The position numbers and the translations under genes were made by a program. DNA of 40,287 bases from Candidatus Hydrogenedentota bacterium (lineage in GTDB: Bacteria > Hydrogenedentota > Hydrogenedentia > Hydrogenedentales > SLHB01). Location: contig CAXXTH010000020.1 of assembly GCA_963668025.2 (NCBI GenBank), forward strand, positions 1-40,287, read 5' to 3'. The notes beneath the pieces are model-generated. The model was not told the DNA's origin. It made no database searches and was given only the letters and a program-made list of their open reading frames with translations. This document shows positions 9,737 through 19,216 of this stretch, one piece after another (positions within the stretch are counted from its first letter, which is position 1; the number at the start of each line of letters is the position of its first letter).

Positions 9737-10953
9737 TTTGCATCCTCCATAGCCCAAAGCTGCGCGGGGCTATCCAATGCGAATGAACCAATAAACAGGC
9801 GTCCCTTGAACACCGCCATGGATTGCACGCCTAGCGTAGGCGGTGTGAGAAAACCCTCTTGTTCCATACGCCGCCAGTTATTGCCGTCGGCGCTGGTGAA
9901 CAGTGCGCCGCCCGTGGCGTCTTTGACTTGGGCGCTTTCCCCAAACAACTCCCCATCGAGCGCAAATTTACCCCGCGCGCCCAGATACAAGGCCTTTTTA
10001 TAGAGCACCAGGCCGGTAGCCATGGCGTATGCGGGATTCGTAATGCCATCGCTGGCGGCCTTCTCCCAATTCGCCAAGGGCGCTTTATCGGTAAGTGGAG
10101 CGCGCCACACTTCGAGCCCGGAAGCGCCATTCCAGGTGGCGGCGTAAAGCGTGGAATCGAGCGCCGCGATGCCGCCAATATGCTGGTTGGTCCGCTTGCC
10201 GAAGCCGGGGGTGTTTAGGCATTGCCATTGATCGAAGGGAGCCGCCAGTTTGCCGTCCGTGCGCCAGAGCTGCGCGCCCCGGAAAGGCGGATGCAGCGCC
10301 TCCGTGCCCGCATACAGGCAGCCGTCATGCACCGTGAGCATGGATACATCGGAATTCGATGGCGCGCCCCAGCCATTGGCGTTCACTTGCTGCCAGGAGC
10401 CTGCATCGCCCGAATCGCTACGCCAGATGCCGGGGCCTGTTTGGGCGTTGAATGTCGCGGCATAGAGCATCTTGTTGAAGACGCACAAGCGGGTGATGCG
10501 TTCATTGTCCGGCGAACCGAAGCCATCACGCGTGATGGCTTCCCACGACCCCTCTCCGCCTTTTGGGCCGCTGCGATACAAGGCCGCGCCGGAGGCCATA
10601 TTCCAGGTACCGATATACAGGCGGCCATCAAACCATGCCAAACTGGCCGCGCAAAAATTGTCGGCGCTCCCGAGGCCGCCCGCCGCCACTTTGGTCCAAA
10701 CCGCGCCGTCATCGGAGGCGTACACCTGGCATCCCGTAGCGCGGTTCCAAGTGCCCGCATACAGCTTGGACGCTTCATCCGAAGGATATAACGCATAGAT
10801 GGCGGTGTTAGCTTCGTCGCCGAATCCGTCGGTGTTGACGCGCGCGAGCGCGCCGCCTTCCGCAAGAGAAGGCAGCGGCAGTAAACAGCATCCCATCATG
10901 ATGAAGACGAAGGCCGCGCTTTTGAAGCAAGCGCCGTGGAGTATGATGTACAT
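9733..10953 (-). CDS. Secreted beta-propeller repeat protein
   Basis: Signal peptide; repeated LYxGTWN...G..(I/L)(W/Y)RS..G..W.....GFG units. Confidence 0.8.
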   Translation of the reverse strand: MYIILHGACFKSAAFVFIMMGCCLLPLPSLAEGGALARVNTDGFGDEANTAIYALYPSDEASKLYAGTWNRATGCQVYASDDGAVWTKVAAGGLGSADNFCAASLAWFDGRLYIGTWNMASGAALYRSGPKGGEGSWEAITRDGFGSPDNERITRLCVFNKMLYAATFNAQTGPGIWRSDSGDAGSWQQVNANGWGAPSNSDVSMLTVHDGCLYAGTEALHPPFRGAQLWRTDGKLAAPFDQWQCLNTPGFGKRTNQHIGGIAALDSTLYAATWNGASGLEVWRAPLTDKAPLANWEKAASDGITNPAYAMATGLVLYKKALYLGARGKFALDGELFGESAQVKDATGGALFTSADGNNWRRMEQEGFLTPPTLGVQSMAVFKGRLFIGSFALDSPAQLWAMEDAK

Positions 10954-10960
10954 GAATACC

Positions 10961-11734
10961 TCAGTGGGCTTCCGCGAGGCGCAGTTTAAGCTCCGGCGCA
11001 TCCAGCAGCGGCGCCGGATTGACCGGCTTGCCGTTGACACGCACCTCATAGTGTAAATGAGCCGTCGTGGCCCGGCCTGAAGAGCCTACCGCGCCTATCG
11101 TGGCCCCCTTGTCCACATTATCGCCCAGCGCCAGCGCCCGGCTGTTCAAATGCGCATATGCGGTCTGGACGCTATCGCCATGGTCAATAACGATCATGTC
11201 GCCATATCCCCTGCGGACGCCAGAAAAAATGACAACGCCTGGTGCGGCCGCCTTCACGGGAGTTCCCCGGGGGGCCTTGATGTCCATACCGCGATGATAA
11301 TGCTTGCCGCGTTTGCCATAAGGAGAGATGACCATGCGTTCGGGGCAGGATAACGGCCATGAACTGGCCAGCGTCTCGCTGGGAGCCGGGCCTATTTCAG
11401 GAGGAGCCTCCTGTAGTTCCATGCTTAACGCCAGCCGCCAGGGCATCAAGCCATTCATGCTTTCCTCATATTCGCCCGAATCGATATCTTCATAGACTTC
11501 TTCGTCATCGTATAAATCCGTTTCCGTGGAGGCGTTCGGATCATTGAGCGTAAGCACTGCGGATTCCATATTCATGTTTCCGCCGTTGAGCTGAAGCGTT
11601 CGCGTGGGCGTGGAAGAACCTTTGCGGGGTATGGCGGGCGCGCGCTTTGCCGTAGCCGTGTGCGCGCATCCCATCATCAGCAACAGGCAGCCCACCCAAG
11701 GCAGCAAGGCAACGACATACTGGAAGGTTTTCAT
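10961..11734 (-). CDS. M23 family metallopeptidase, probable lipoprotein
   Basis: HRGMD, YAHL and HLHYE zinc motifs; LLMMGC lipobox-like sequence. Confidence 0.9.
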   Translation of the reverse strand: MKTFQYVVALLPWVGCLLLMMGCAHTATAKRAPAIPRKGSSTPTRTLQLNGGNMNMESAVLTLNDPNASTETDLYDDEEVYEDIDSGEYEESMNGLMPWRLALSMELQEAPPEIGPAPSETLASSWPLSCPERMVISPYGKRGKHYHRGMDIKAPRGTPVKAAAPGVVIFSGVRRGYGDMIVIDHGDSVQTAYAHLNSRALALGDNVDKGATIGAVGSSGRATTAHLHYEVRVNGKPVNPAPLLDAPELKLRLAEAH

Positions 11735-11994
11735 AGGTTACCCCTCGGTTGTCATTAATTTATCCGCTGCTCCGGCCTGATGGTAACAAAAGAATCCTCT
11801 GGTGTCCAGTCTTTCAGCTCTTGGGCAGCGGTGAAGAATAGCGGCGCCCCAGGGTCAGGCGTTGAGGTGATGCGGGTTAGACGGGGGGTGGCGAGGCCGA
11901 CAGGCGACAGGAGGGGCAGCGGCTGTGCGTAAAGCCGGTGAATGGATGGGCGAGACGTGTAGGGCGGCGGCGCAACCGGGAACGCGCGGGCGCC

Positions 11995-13431
11995 CTATGC
12001 GGAACTGAAGCGGATCTGGATGGCCTCGGTGCAGAGGGCGTCATATTGTTCGCGGGACAGGGTGGCGTTGCGCAGGGCTTCGAGGAGGCGATGGGCAAGG
12101 TTTCTGGCGGAGCCAAAGCCTTTTGGAAAGTGGGCGGCCAGAAGGCTGCCATCCTCCAGGAGTTGCATGAGCAGATGGGCTATCTGCATCAAGAGGTAGT
12201 AGATCTTGCTGGCCTGTTCGTTTTGGGTATAGGCGTGTTCGAGGTTGTAGCCGCCGTTTTTCTGCACGTTGAATGCTTCATTTTCAATCTTCCAGCGTAA
12301 GCGTCCTCCTTCATTGGCCAAGGCGGCCGCATTGTGCGCGGATACGGATACGTTGGTCACCCATTTGAACTTGGTTTTCTTTATCATGCCTTCCGCGTCC
12401 GGGCGGGTGTCCACGCATTCGAGCACGGACAGGATGTGTTCACGCCGCTCGGAATCGCGGTAGGGGATGTCGTTGACCCAGCGAAACTGCTGGTGGATTT
12501 CCTTCTTGTTGCCGCAACGCCACGTAAGCTGGTTTTCGGGCGTCGCGGCCGCGAGGCTCTCGAATTCTTCGTTCACGGTGGCCAATTGGCCGTCCGTGAG
12601 CGTAATCATGAACTTCCAGCCATATTGCTGGCACAGCCGAAACACCGGTCCCGTGGCGTACAGGCCGTCCATCGCCAACAGCAGCGGCAAGCGGGGGAAT
12701 CGGGCATGCAGGCGTGGGGCCAGCCGGTAGAAGGCTTTGGTCTCGCAATCCTGCTTGCGTTGTTGCTCGCTTTTCGCCAGGTCTTTCTCTGGATTCTCAA
12801 TGAACTCCGTCATGAGCGAAAAGACCCACCCGTTTGGCGTGACGATCTTGGACTCCAGCACGGGATGGTAGTAGGTGATCTTGCCGCTCTTGTGCTTGCG
12901 CGTGAGGCAATGGGCGCAGTGGCGATGATCATAACTGCGTGTCCCCGTGGCGTCGATGGCCGCCACGTAGTAGCGCCCGAACAGGCGGTGGGGGTACAAC
13001 ACCTTCTTGTCGATGAGCGTCTGCGTCATGCCGGAAACGAGTTCCTGGACCGCCTCGAACGGCAAACCGCGAAATACCCCGTTCATCGTATCGCCATGCG
13101 GCACGCTGTCCACGTCAAACAAGACCTTGTACAGATGGACCATGAACGTCGTGTACAACTGCAGGCGGACTTGCCGGCGCGCCCCGAGCCGGCATGCGAA
13201 CATCAGCACTCCCAAGAACACCAGCGACGCGACACTGTAGTCCACGTCGCCGGCTTGCTCGGGTTTGCGGGGATCGGGCAAGCCCGCAAAGCGCTTGCGC
13301 ACCGGGCCAAAGAAGTGGGTGAACGTCCTCAAGAAGGCCCGGATGATTTCCGGATGCTCTTCTTGCGGGTTTGCAGGAACTGCCGTTGGGCCGCGCCCAT
13401 GGCCTCGACGAGCTTCTTGAGCTTTTTCCAT
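11995..13431 (-). CDS. DDE transposase, ISAs1-related
   Basis: PDPR N-domain; IDATG, MDGLY and RWKIENE catalytic motifs. Confidence 0.9.
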   Translation of the reverse strand: MEKAQEARRGHGRGPTAVPANPQEEHPEIIRAFLRTFTHFFGPVRKRFAGLPDPRKPEQAGDVDYSVASLVFLGVLMFACRLGARRQVRLQLYTTFMVHLYKVLFDVDSVPHGDTMNGVFRGLPFEAVQELVSGMTQTLIDKKVLYPHRLFGRYYVAAIDATGTRSYDHRHCAHCLTRKHKSGKITYYHPVLESKIVTPNGWVFSLMTEFIENPEKDLAKSEQQRKQDCETKAFYRLAPRLHARFPRLPLLLAMDGLYATGPVFRLCQQYGWKFMITLTDGQLATVNEEFESLAAATPENQLTWRCGNKKEIHQQFRWVNDIPYRDSERREHILSVLECVDTRPDAEGMIKKTKFKWVTNVSVSAHNAAALANEGGRLRWKIENEAFNVQKNGGYNLEHAYTQNEQASKIYYLLMQIAHLLMQLLEDGSLLAAHFPKGFGSARNLAHRLLEALRNATLSREQYDALCTEAIQIRFSSA

Positions 13432-13676
13432 TCCTCAATCCATTGCGCCACTTCGCGGCGCAATTCACGGGGCACGTGGAGGGTGCGGGTCTTCCCGCCC
13501 TCCTTCCACGTCAGCAGGGCCGTTTCATGGATCGGCCCTTCCTGGACGCACCGGCAGCGCGGGTTCCCGCAGCGGCTGCGGGTGATGGTGAGCGTGGCGG
13601 GAAGAAAGGGCCCCAGACGCGCCAGGCGCGCCTGGACCTTGCGTCCCGCCGAGTTCGTGACAGGTTTCCCTTCCAT
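13329..13676 (-). CDS. DUF6788-like IS accessory protein with CGxPxCxC...H knuckle
   Basis: RLGPFLPATL...RCGNPRCRC..GPIH..LLTWKEGGKTRT; overlaps the transposase in the -1 frame. Confidence 0.7.
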   Translation of the reverse strand: MEGKPVTNSAGRKVQARLARLGPFLPATLTITRSRCGNPRCRCVQEGPIHETALLTWKEGGKTRTLHVPRELRREVAQWIEEWKKLKKLVEAMGAAQRQFLQTRKKSIRKSSGPS

Positions 13677-13919
13677 GTACGGAAGTATATATACTTCCGT
13701 ACCAGAAGTCAACAAAAAAAAGCGCCGATGCGAAGAAAAAACTCCCCGCACCGGCGCATCCTCAACTCATTCAACTGCTTCTACGCGAAAAAAAAGCGGT
13801 TCTTCACCGCTGGACACGCTGGGCCTGCGTCAAAAAAGTGGGTTTTCGTTTCCCCCCCCCTTTTTTTGGCCCGATGTATGTAGTAAGATTACTACAATAA
13901 ATAGAGAGGAGAACCAATC

Positions 13920-14300
13920 ATGGCCAATAAACGCACGCTGGAAGAAAAACGCTTGGACTTGCTCGATCAATTGGGCGAAATACGAACCTTGAGAAAAGGA
14001 TCCCTCAATGAACAATGGTTTCCCTCTATCAAGGACGGGAAAAAAACGCGAGAGTTACGCGGACCCTATTACTTATGGACAAGCAAGAAAAACAATAAGA
14101 CCGTGAGCGAACGCATTTGCGGCGAGCAAGAATTGAACCGCGCGCGTCAGGATGAGGAAAACTATAAACGTTTCCGGGATGTATGCAGACAATTCGAGTC
14201 GGTGGCCCAAGAACTGGGCGAACTGGAACGGATGCAGAGCGCCGAACAAGACGCCCTCAAAAAAAAACGCAAGCCGCCATCGAAAAAGACGCCGAAGTAA
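13920..14300 (+). CDS. DUF6788-like IS accessory protein (orfA)
   Basis: LRKGSL...GPYYLWTSKKNNKTVS, coiled-coil/Lys-rich tail; GAGGAG RBS. Confidence 0.75.
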   Translation: MANKRTLEEKRLDLLDQLGEIRTLRKGSLNEQWFPSIKDGKKTRELRGPYYLWTSKKNNKTVSERICGEQELNRARQDEENYKRFRDVCRQFESVAQELGELERMQSAEQDALKKKRKPPSKKTPK

Positions 14301-15604
14301 CGCGGATTTTCAACGCGGCAAAACGCGCGGCGGGAACGGATCTCGAAGCATTGGAACAAGCCCTGCGCGGCGCGGCCCTCATGGGAGGGGCCAAGGCGCT
14401 CGATGCCTTTTTAAGAAAGGTGGGCGTGGGCCGGCGCGGGGAAAAAGCGCGTTGCTCATGCATGGCGGTAATGAAAAGCCGTGGCCTGAAGACAAAAACC
14501 ATCGTCACTCTTTTGGGCAAGATCCGCTTTACGCGCACCGCCTACCGGTGCCCCCGGTGCGGCAAATGGCGGTATCCCGGCGACGAGGAGCTCGATGTCG
14601 CCAACACGCGCTATTCGCCGGGCGTGCGGCGTCTCGTGGCGGATTTCGCCAGCGACGCCCCATTCAAAAGGGTGTCGCAACAACTGAAAGCAGCCGCCGG
14701 ACTCGTGATCAGCCGCAAGGACTGTGAGCGTATCGCGGAACAGACCGGCCAGCAAGCCGCCCACTGGTTCGCGCAAGAACGGGACCGTATCCGATTCCAG
14801 GAACCGCCGCCTCCCGATGCCGCCAAAACTATCGAGACCCTTTACATCGAGTTCGACGGCAGCGGCGTTCCCATGGTGCCCGAGGCGCTCGAAGGCCGCA
14901 AGGGAAAATATCAAAACGGCAAGCCCAAAACCCGCGAGGTGAAAATCGGATGCGTTTTTTCTCAAACCGCCTTCAACGAAAAAGGCCGCCCCATCCGGGA
15001 TAGGGGCTCCGCCAGTTTCGTGGGCGCCATCGAGACGTCCGAACAGTTTCAATGGCGCATCTACGCCGAGGCCGTCCGCCGCGGATTGTTCAGGGCCAAA
15101 CGCGTCGTATGCCTCACCGATGGGGCCGAATGGATACGAAACATCGTACAAACCCATTTTCACGCCGCCATCCACGTAGTCGACTTGTATCACGCGCGCG
15201 AGCATCTCGGGAACCTGTGCAAATTGTTGTTTGGACGCGACGAAAAACGTTTGGCCTTGTACAAGGGCAAATGGTGGGACGATCTGGATGAGGGAAAGAT
15301 CGAAACCATCGTGGAAGAAGCCGCCGTGCTGTTGCCAAACAATGGGCCGGATGCCAAAGAAGCCGTTACCGCCATCGGCTATTTTGAGACGAACAAAGAA
15401 CGCATGCGCTACAACGATTTTTTTGCCAAGGGACTATTCGTTGGCTCGGGAGTCATTGAAGCGGCGTGCAGGACGGTCGTTGGCCAGCGTATGAAGCACT
15501 CCGGTATGGAATGGACCGTCCGTGGCGCAAATGCCATTACGGCGTTGCGATGCCTTATTCAATCCAATCGCTTCGAGGAGTATTGGGAACAAAGAACCGG
15601 ATGA
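14183..15604 (+). CDS. ISKra4/UPF0236-type transposase (orfB, probably reached by -1 frameshift)
   Basis: EFDGSG, REVKIG, DGAEWI, DLYHAREH, GSGVIEAACR motifs; A9 run at 14259-14267. Confidence 0.9.
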   Translation: MQTIRVGGPRTGRTGTDAERRTRRPQKKTQAAIEKDAEVTRIFNAAKRAAGTDLEALEQALRGAALMGGAKALDAFLRKVGVGRRGEKARCSCMAVMKSRGLKTKTIVTLLGKIRFTRTAYRCPRCGKWRYPGDEELDVANTRYSPGVRRLVADFASDAPFKRVSQQLKAAAGLVISRKDCERIAEQTGQQAAHWFAQERDRIRFQEPPPPDAAKTIETLYIEFDGSGVPMVPEALEGRKGKYQNGKPKTREVKIGCVFSQTAFNEKGRPIRDRGSASFVGAIETSEQFQWRIYAEAVRRGLFRAKRVVCLTDGAEWIRNIVQTHFHAAIHVVDLYHAREHLGNLCKLLFGRDEKRLALYKGKWWDDLDEGKIETIVEEAAVLLPNNGPDAKEAVTAIGYFETNKERMRYNDFFAKGLFVGSGVIEAACRTVVGQRMKHSGMEWTVRGANAITALRCLIQSNRFEEYWEQRTG

Positions 15605-15634
15605 AAACCCACTTTTTTGACGCAGGCCCTAGGC

Positions 15635-17075
15635 CAGGAGTTCCCCCAGAATATACAGAGGAAACTGCTTTCATGGGGAATTGAAAGCGAACAGGGTCAT
15701 CTGGGACGATTTGGAGAGTTGTTTGGGCGTCACAGGGGCGCCTGGGCATCGGGTCAGGAGCGCTCGTAATCCGTCGGCAAGGGCGTAGTACTTGAAATCA
15801 GGGATGCCGAAGAGGCGTTTGGCGGCCTTTTCTACAAAACCAGCCATCACCCGTAAGCGGGAATCGTTGTCGAGCACGAAGGCCGCGAAATACATCGCGG
15901 CCAACACCAGCAGCATTAAGTTTTGCAGGCCTTGGTAGTTCAGCACCCGGACGTTCTCGAGGTCATAGCAGGTCTTGGCGTAGCGAATGGTTTCTTCGAT
16001 ACTCCATCGTTTGAGGTAGGCGCGGACCATGCGCCATAGGCATTTGTAGCTTTTGGACAGAGGCTCATTGGTCAGCAGCAGGAGGGGTTTGGCCCCAAAG
16101 CCGTGAATTACCAGTAAATACAGGGGTTCTGCACGTTCGGGTAGGCGGACTCCGCAATATCCAAAACGCAAGGTGTACACCTTCTCTTCTCCATCTTCGA
16201 TGCGCGCTATGGTTTGGGAGTGCATCATGGGGCAATGGTTCGCGGCTTTCTCGGCCAGCATCAACTGTCCTTTGTGAAGCACATTCCGGTTGCCCACCAA
16301 GCGGAAAAGAAACCGTAGCTGGCGGTCCAGCAAGGCATCAAACAGGTGGATGCGGTCCCCGCCACCGCATCTATCCCGCGCAAAATCTCGTCATTCTCGC
16401 TGGTAAAGCCCGGCGCATCGGCGGACCATAACCGCTGATACAAGGGAATGATGCCATCGGAATCCACCCCGCACCCGGCGATGTGAAGCGTCCAATACCC
16501 CTGGGCCAAATCGTGCGCGCTGCCGTCATGCACCGTGGCCAGATACTCCATCTTTTTGGCGTACTTCTTGGAAAGGTCCGAAGGGTCAATGATGAGCAGC
16601 GTGTCCTGTCCCACCCGGCTCGCGGCCATGCGCAGTACGTTTTCCTGGATAGTTTTCTCCAGCTCGGGCCGTTGCAAATTCCTCGATAGGCGGTTGTGCG
16701 TTTTGCGCAGGGGAATATCCTCCTCCAGGGTTCGTCCTATCTCCGTGAGCAGCACCGATTCGGAAGCCTGAATGCCGTACACCATCTGGGAAACGAAGCG
16801 TTGGGCCGCTACACAAAGGCCTTTCGAGAGATCCCCCGAAAATCGCCCTATGCGAACTCGCAAGTTTCGAGCAACTCTGGTAGCATTCATCGGCGGTCCT
16901 CCTTGATTGCGTTGGAGTTGGGGCTTTTGACACCAAGATTCTGACGCACCAAGGAGACCGTTTCAATTAAACGAAAGATCCCCCAAAATTCGACAAAGAC
17001 ACTTCTATAGACGGGTAACTCTATTCAATACAATTAATTGCGGTTATAAACCCCCATTTCTTGGGGGAACTCCTG
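15635..17075 (-). mobile_element. IS4-family element (damaged)
   Basis: 14-bp TIR CAGGAGTTCCCCCA / TGGGGGAACTCCTG. Confidence 0.85.
15671..16890 (-). pseudogene. IS4-family transposase, frameshifted by an apparent internal deletion near 16360
   Basis: IIDPSD first Asp and YLKRWSIEETIRYAK (YREK) lie in different frames; junction IDAV|GGDR lacks the expected second-Asp segment. Confidence 0.8.
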
Positions 17076-17084
17076 GTTCTTTTC

Positions 17085-17107
17085 GTAGCATGGGCGTCCC
17101 GCCCATG
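17085..17107 (+). repeat. GTAG-type REP palindrome
   Basis: GTAG-CATGGGCG-TCC-CGCCCATG; same family at 26350-26372 (minus) and a half copy at 2942. Confidence 0.75.
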
Positions 17108-17321
17108 CCTGGAGTTTCTACCTTTTTTGGGCGAGGTGGACACGCTTTTTCTCTTGCCATCGCACAGCTTATCGTCTTTGTCGTAGCTTCCCTTTCGCCG
17201 AATAGGCCGGTCATTGAACAGCGGTGAAGAACCGCTTTTTTTTTTCGCGTAGAAGCAGTTGAATGAGTTGAGGATGCGCCGGTGCGGGGAGTTTTTTTCT
17301 TCGCATCGGCGCTTTTTTTTG

Positions 17322-17357
17322 TTGACTTCTGGTACGGAAGTATATATACTTCCGTAC
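17322..17357 (+). promoter_or_regulatory. Sigma70 promoter overlapped by a 26-bp perfect palindrome (also in copy 1)
   Basis: TTGACT-17 bp-TATACT-7 nt-ATG; palindrome GTACGGAAGTATATATACTTCCGTAC at 17332-17357. Confidence 0.75.
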
Positions 17358-17706
17358 ATGGAAGGGAAACCTGTCACGAACTCGGCGGGACGCAAGGTCC
17401 TGGCGCGCCTGGCGCGTCTGGGGCCCTTTCTTCCCGCCACGCTCACCATCACCCGCAGCCGCTGCGGGAACCCGCGCTGCCGGTGCGTCCAGGAAGGGCC
17501 GATCCATGAAACGGCCCTGCTGACGTGGAAGGAGGGCGGGAAGACCCGCACCCTCCACGTGCCCCCGTGAATTGCGCCGCGAAGTGGCGCAATGGATTGA
17601 GGAATGGAAAAAGCTCAAGAAGCTCGTCGAGGCCATGGGCGCGGCCCAACGGCAGTTCCTGCAAACCCGCAAGAAGAGCATCCGGAAATCATCCGGGCCT
17701 TCTTGA
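17358..17706 (+). pseudogene. Frameshifted DUF6788-like accessory ORF of copy 2
   Basis: GTGCCCCCG (5 C) versus GTGCCCCG (4 C) in copy 1 gives a premature stop at 17570; could be a homopolymer sequencing error. Confidence 0.65.
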
Positions 17707-19040
17707 GGACGTTCACCCACTTCTTTGGCCCGGTGCGCAAGCGCTTTGCGGGCTTGCCCGATCCCCGCAAACCCGAGCAAGCCGGCGACGTGGACTACAG
17801 TGTCGCGTCGCTGGTGTTCTTGGGAGTGCTGATGTTCGCATGCCGGCTCGGGGCGCGCCGGCAAGTCCGCCTGCAGTTGTACACGACGTTCATGGTCCAT
17901 CTGTACAAGGTCTTGTTTGACGTGGACAGCGTGCCGCATGGCGATACGATGAACGGGGTATTTCGCGGTTTGCCGTTCGAGGCGGTCCAGGAACTCGTTT
18001 CCGGCATGACGCAGACGCTCATCGACAAGAAGGTGTTGTACCCCCACCGCCTGTTCGGGCGCTACTACGTGGCGGCCATCGACGCCACGGGGACACGCAG
18101 TTATGATCATCGCCACTGCGCCCATTGCCTCACGCGCAAGCACAAGAGCGGCAAGATCACCTACTACCATCCCGTGCTGGAGTCCAAGATCGTCACGCCA
18201 AACGGGTGGGTCTTTTCGCTCATGACGGAGTTCATTGAGAATCCAGAGAAAGACCTGGCGAAAAGCGAGCAACAACGCAAGCAGGATTGCGAGACCAAAG
18301 CCTTCTACCGGCTGGCCCCACGCCTGCATGCCCGATTCCCCCGCTTGCCGCTGCTGTTGGCGATGGACGGCCTGTACGCCACGGGACCGGTGTTTCGGCT
18401 GTGCCAGCAATATGGCTGGAAGTTCATGATTACGCTCACGGACGGCCAATTGGCCACCGTGAACGAAGAATTCGAGAGCCTCGCGGCCGCGACGCCCGAA
18501 AACCAGCTTACGTGGCGTTGCGGCAACAAGAAGGAAATCCACCAGCAGTTTCGCTGGGTCAACGACATCCCCTACCGCGATTCCGAGCGGCGTGAACACA
18601 TCCTGTCCGTGCTCGAATGCGTGGACACCCGCCCGGACGCAGAAGGCATGATGAAGAAAACCAAGTTCAAATGGGTGACCAACGTGCCCGTATCCGCGCA
18701 CAATGCGGCCGCCTTGGCCAATGAAGGAGGACGCTTACGCTGGAAGATTGAAAATGAAGCATTCAACGTGCAGAAAAACGGCGGCTACAACCTCGAACAC
18801 GCCTATACCCAAAACGAACAGGCCAGCAAGATCTACTACCTCTTGATGCAGATAGCCCATCTGCTCATGCAACTCCTGGAGGATGGCAGCCTTCTGGCCG
18901 CCCACTTTCCAAAAGGCTTTGGCTCCGCCAGAAACCTTGCCCATCGCCTCCTCGAAGCCCTGCGCAACGCCACCCTGTCCCGCGAACAATATGACGCCCT
19001 CTGCACCGAGGCCATCCAGATCCGCTTCAGTTCCGCATAG
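17604..19040 (+). CDS. DDE transposase, ISAs1-related (copy 2)
   Basis: Same motifs as 11995-13431. Confidence 0.9.
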   Translation: MEKAQEARRGHGRGPTAVPANPQEEHPEIIRAFLRTFTHFFGPVRKRFAGLPDPRKPEQAGDVDYSVASLVFLGVLMFACRLGARRQVRLQLYTTFMVHLYKVLFDVDSVPHGDTMNGVFRGLPFEAVQELVSGMTQTLIDKKVLYPHRLFGRYYVAAIDATGTRSYDHRHCAHCLTRKHKSGKITYYHPVLESKIVTPNGWVFSLMTEFIENPEKDLAKSEQQRKQDCETKAFYRLAPRLHARFPRLPLLLAMDGLYATGPVFRLCQQYGWKFMITLTDGQLATVNEEFESLAAATPENQLTWRCGNKKEIHQQFRWVNDIPYRDSERREHILSVLECVDTRPDAEGMMKKTKFKWVTNVPVSAHNAAALANEGGRLRWKIENEAFNVQKNGGYNLEHAYTQNEQASKIYYLLMQIAHLLMQLLEDGSLLAAHFPKGFGSARNLAHRLLEALRNATLSREQYDALCTEAIQIRFSSA

Positions 19041-19216
19041 GGCGCCCGCGCGTTCCCGGTTGCGCCGCCGCCCTACACGTCTCGCCCATCCATTCACCGG
19101 CTTTACGCACAGCCGCTGCCCCTCCTGTCGCCTGTCGGCCTCGCCACCCCCCGTCTAACCCGCATCACCTCAACGCCTGACCCTGGGGCGCCGCTATTCT
19201 TCACCGCTGTAAACGA

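Larger units (their letters stand above)
11826..13812 (-). mobile_element. IS element copy 1 (ISAs1-like/ISNCY DDE transposase plus accessory ORF)
   Basis: 13-bp TIR CAGCGGTGAAGAA / TTCTTCACCGCTG; near-identical inverted copy at 17219-19209; no TSD seen. Confidence 0.92.
13821..15629 (+). mobile_element. ISKra4-family IS
   Basis: Perfect 27-bp TIR GGGCCTGCGTCAAAAAAGTGGGTTTTC; two ORFs. Confidence 0.9.
17219..19209 (+). mobile_element. IS element copy 2 (inverted relative to copy 1)
   Basis: Same 13-bp TIRs; transposase differs from copy 1 at two residues (I/M, S/P). Confidence 0.92.

Noticed and set aside
11802-11809. GTGTCCAG, the reverse complement of the copy 1 right junction
   Set aside because: Only 8 bp, offset from the IS end, with no consistent TSD or inversion model; probably chance
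12334-13992. 552-aa plus-strand ORF (and the 496-aa ORF at 17211-18701)
   Set aside because: Antisense shadows of the transposase that cross IS boundaries and lack recognisable motifs
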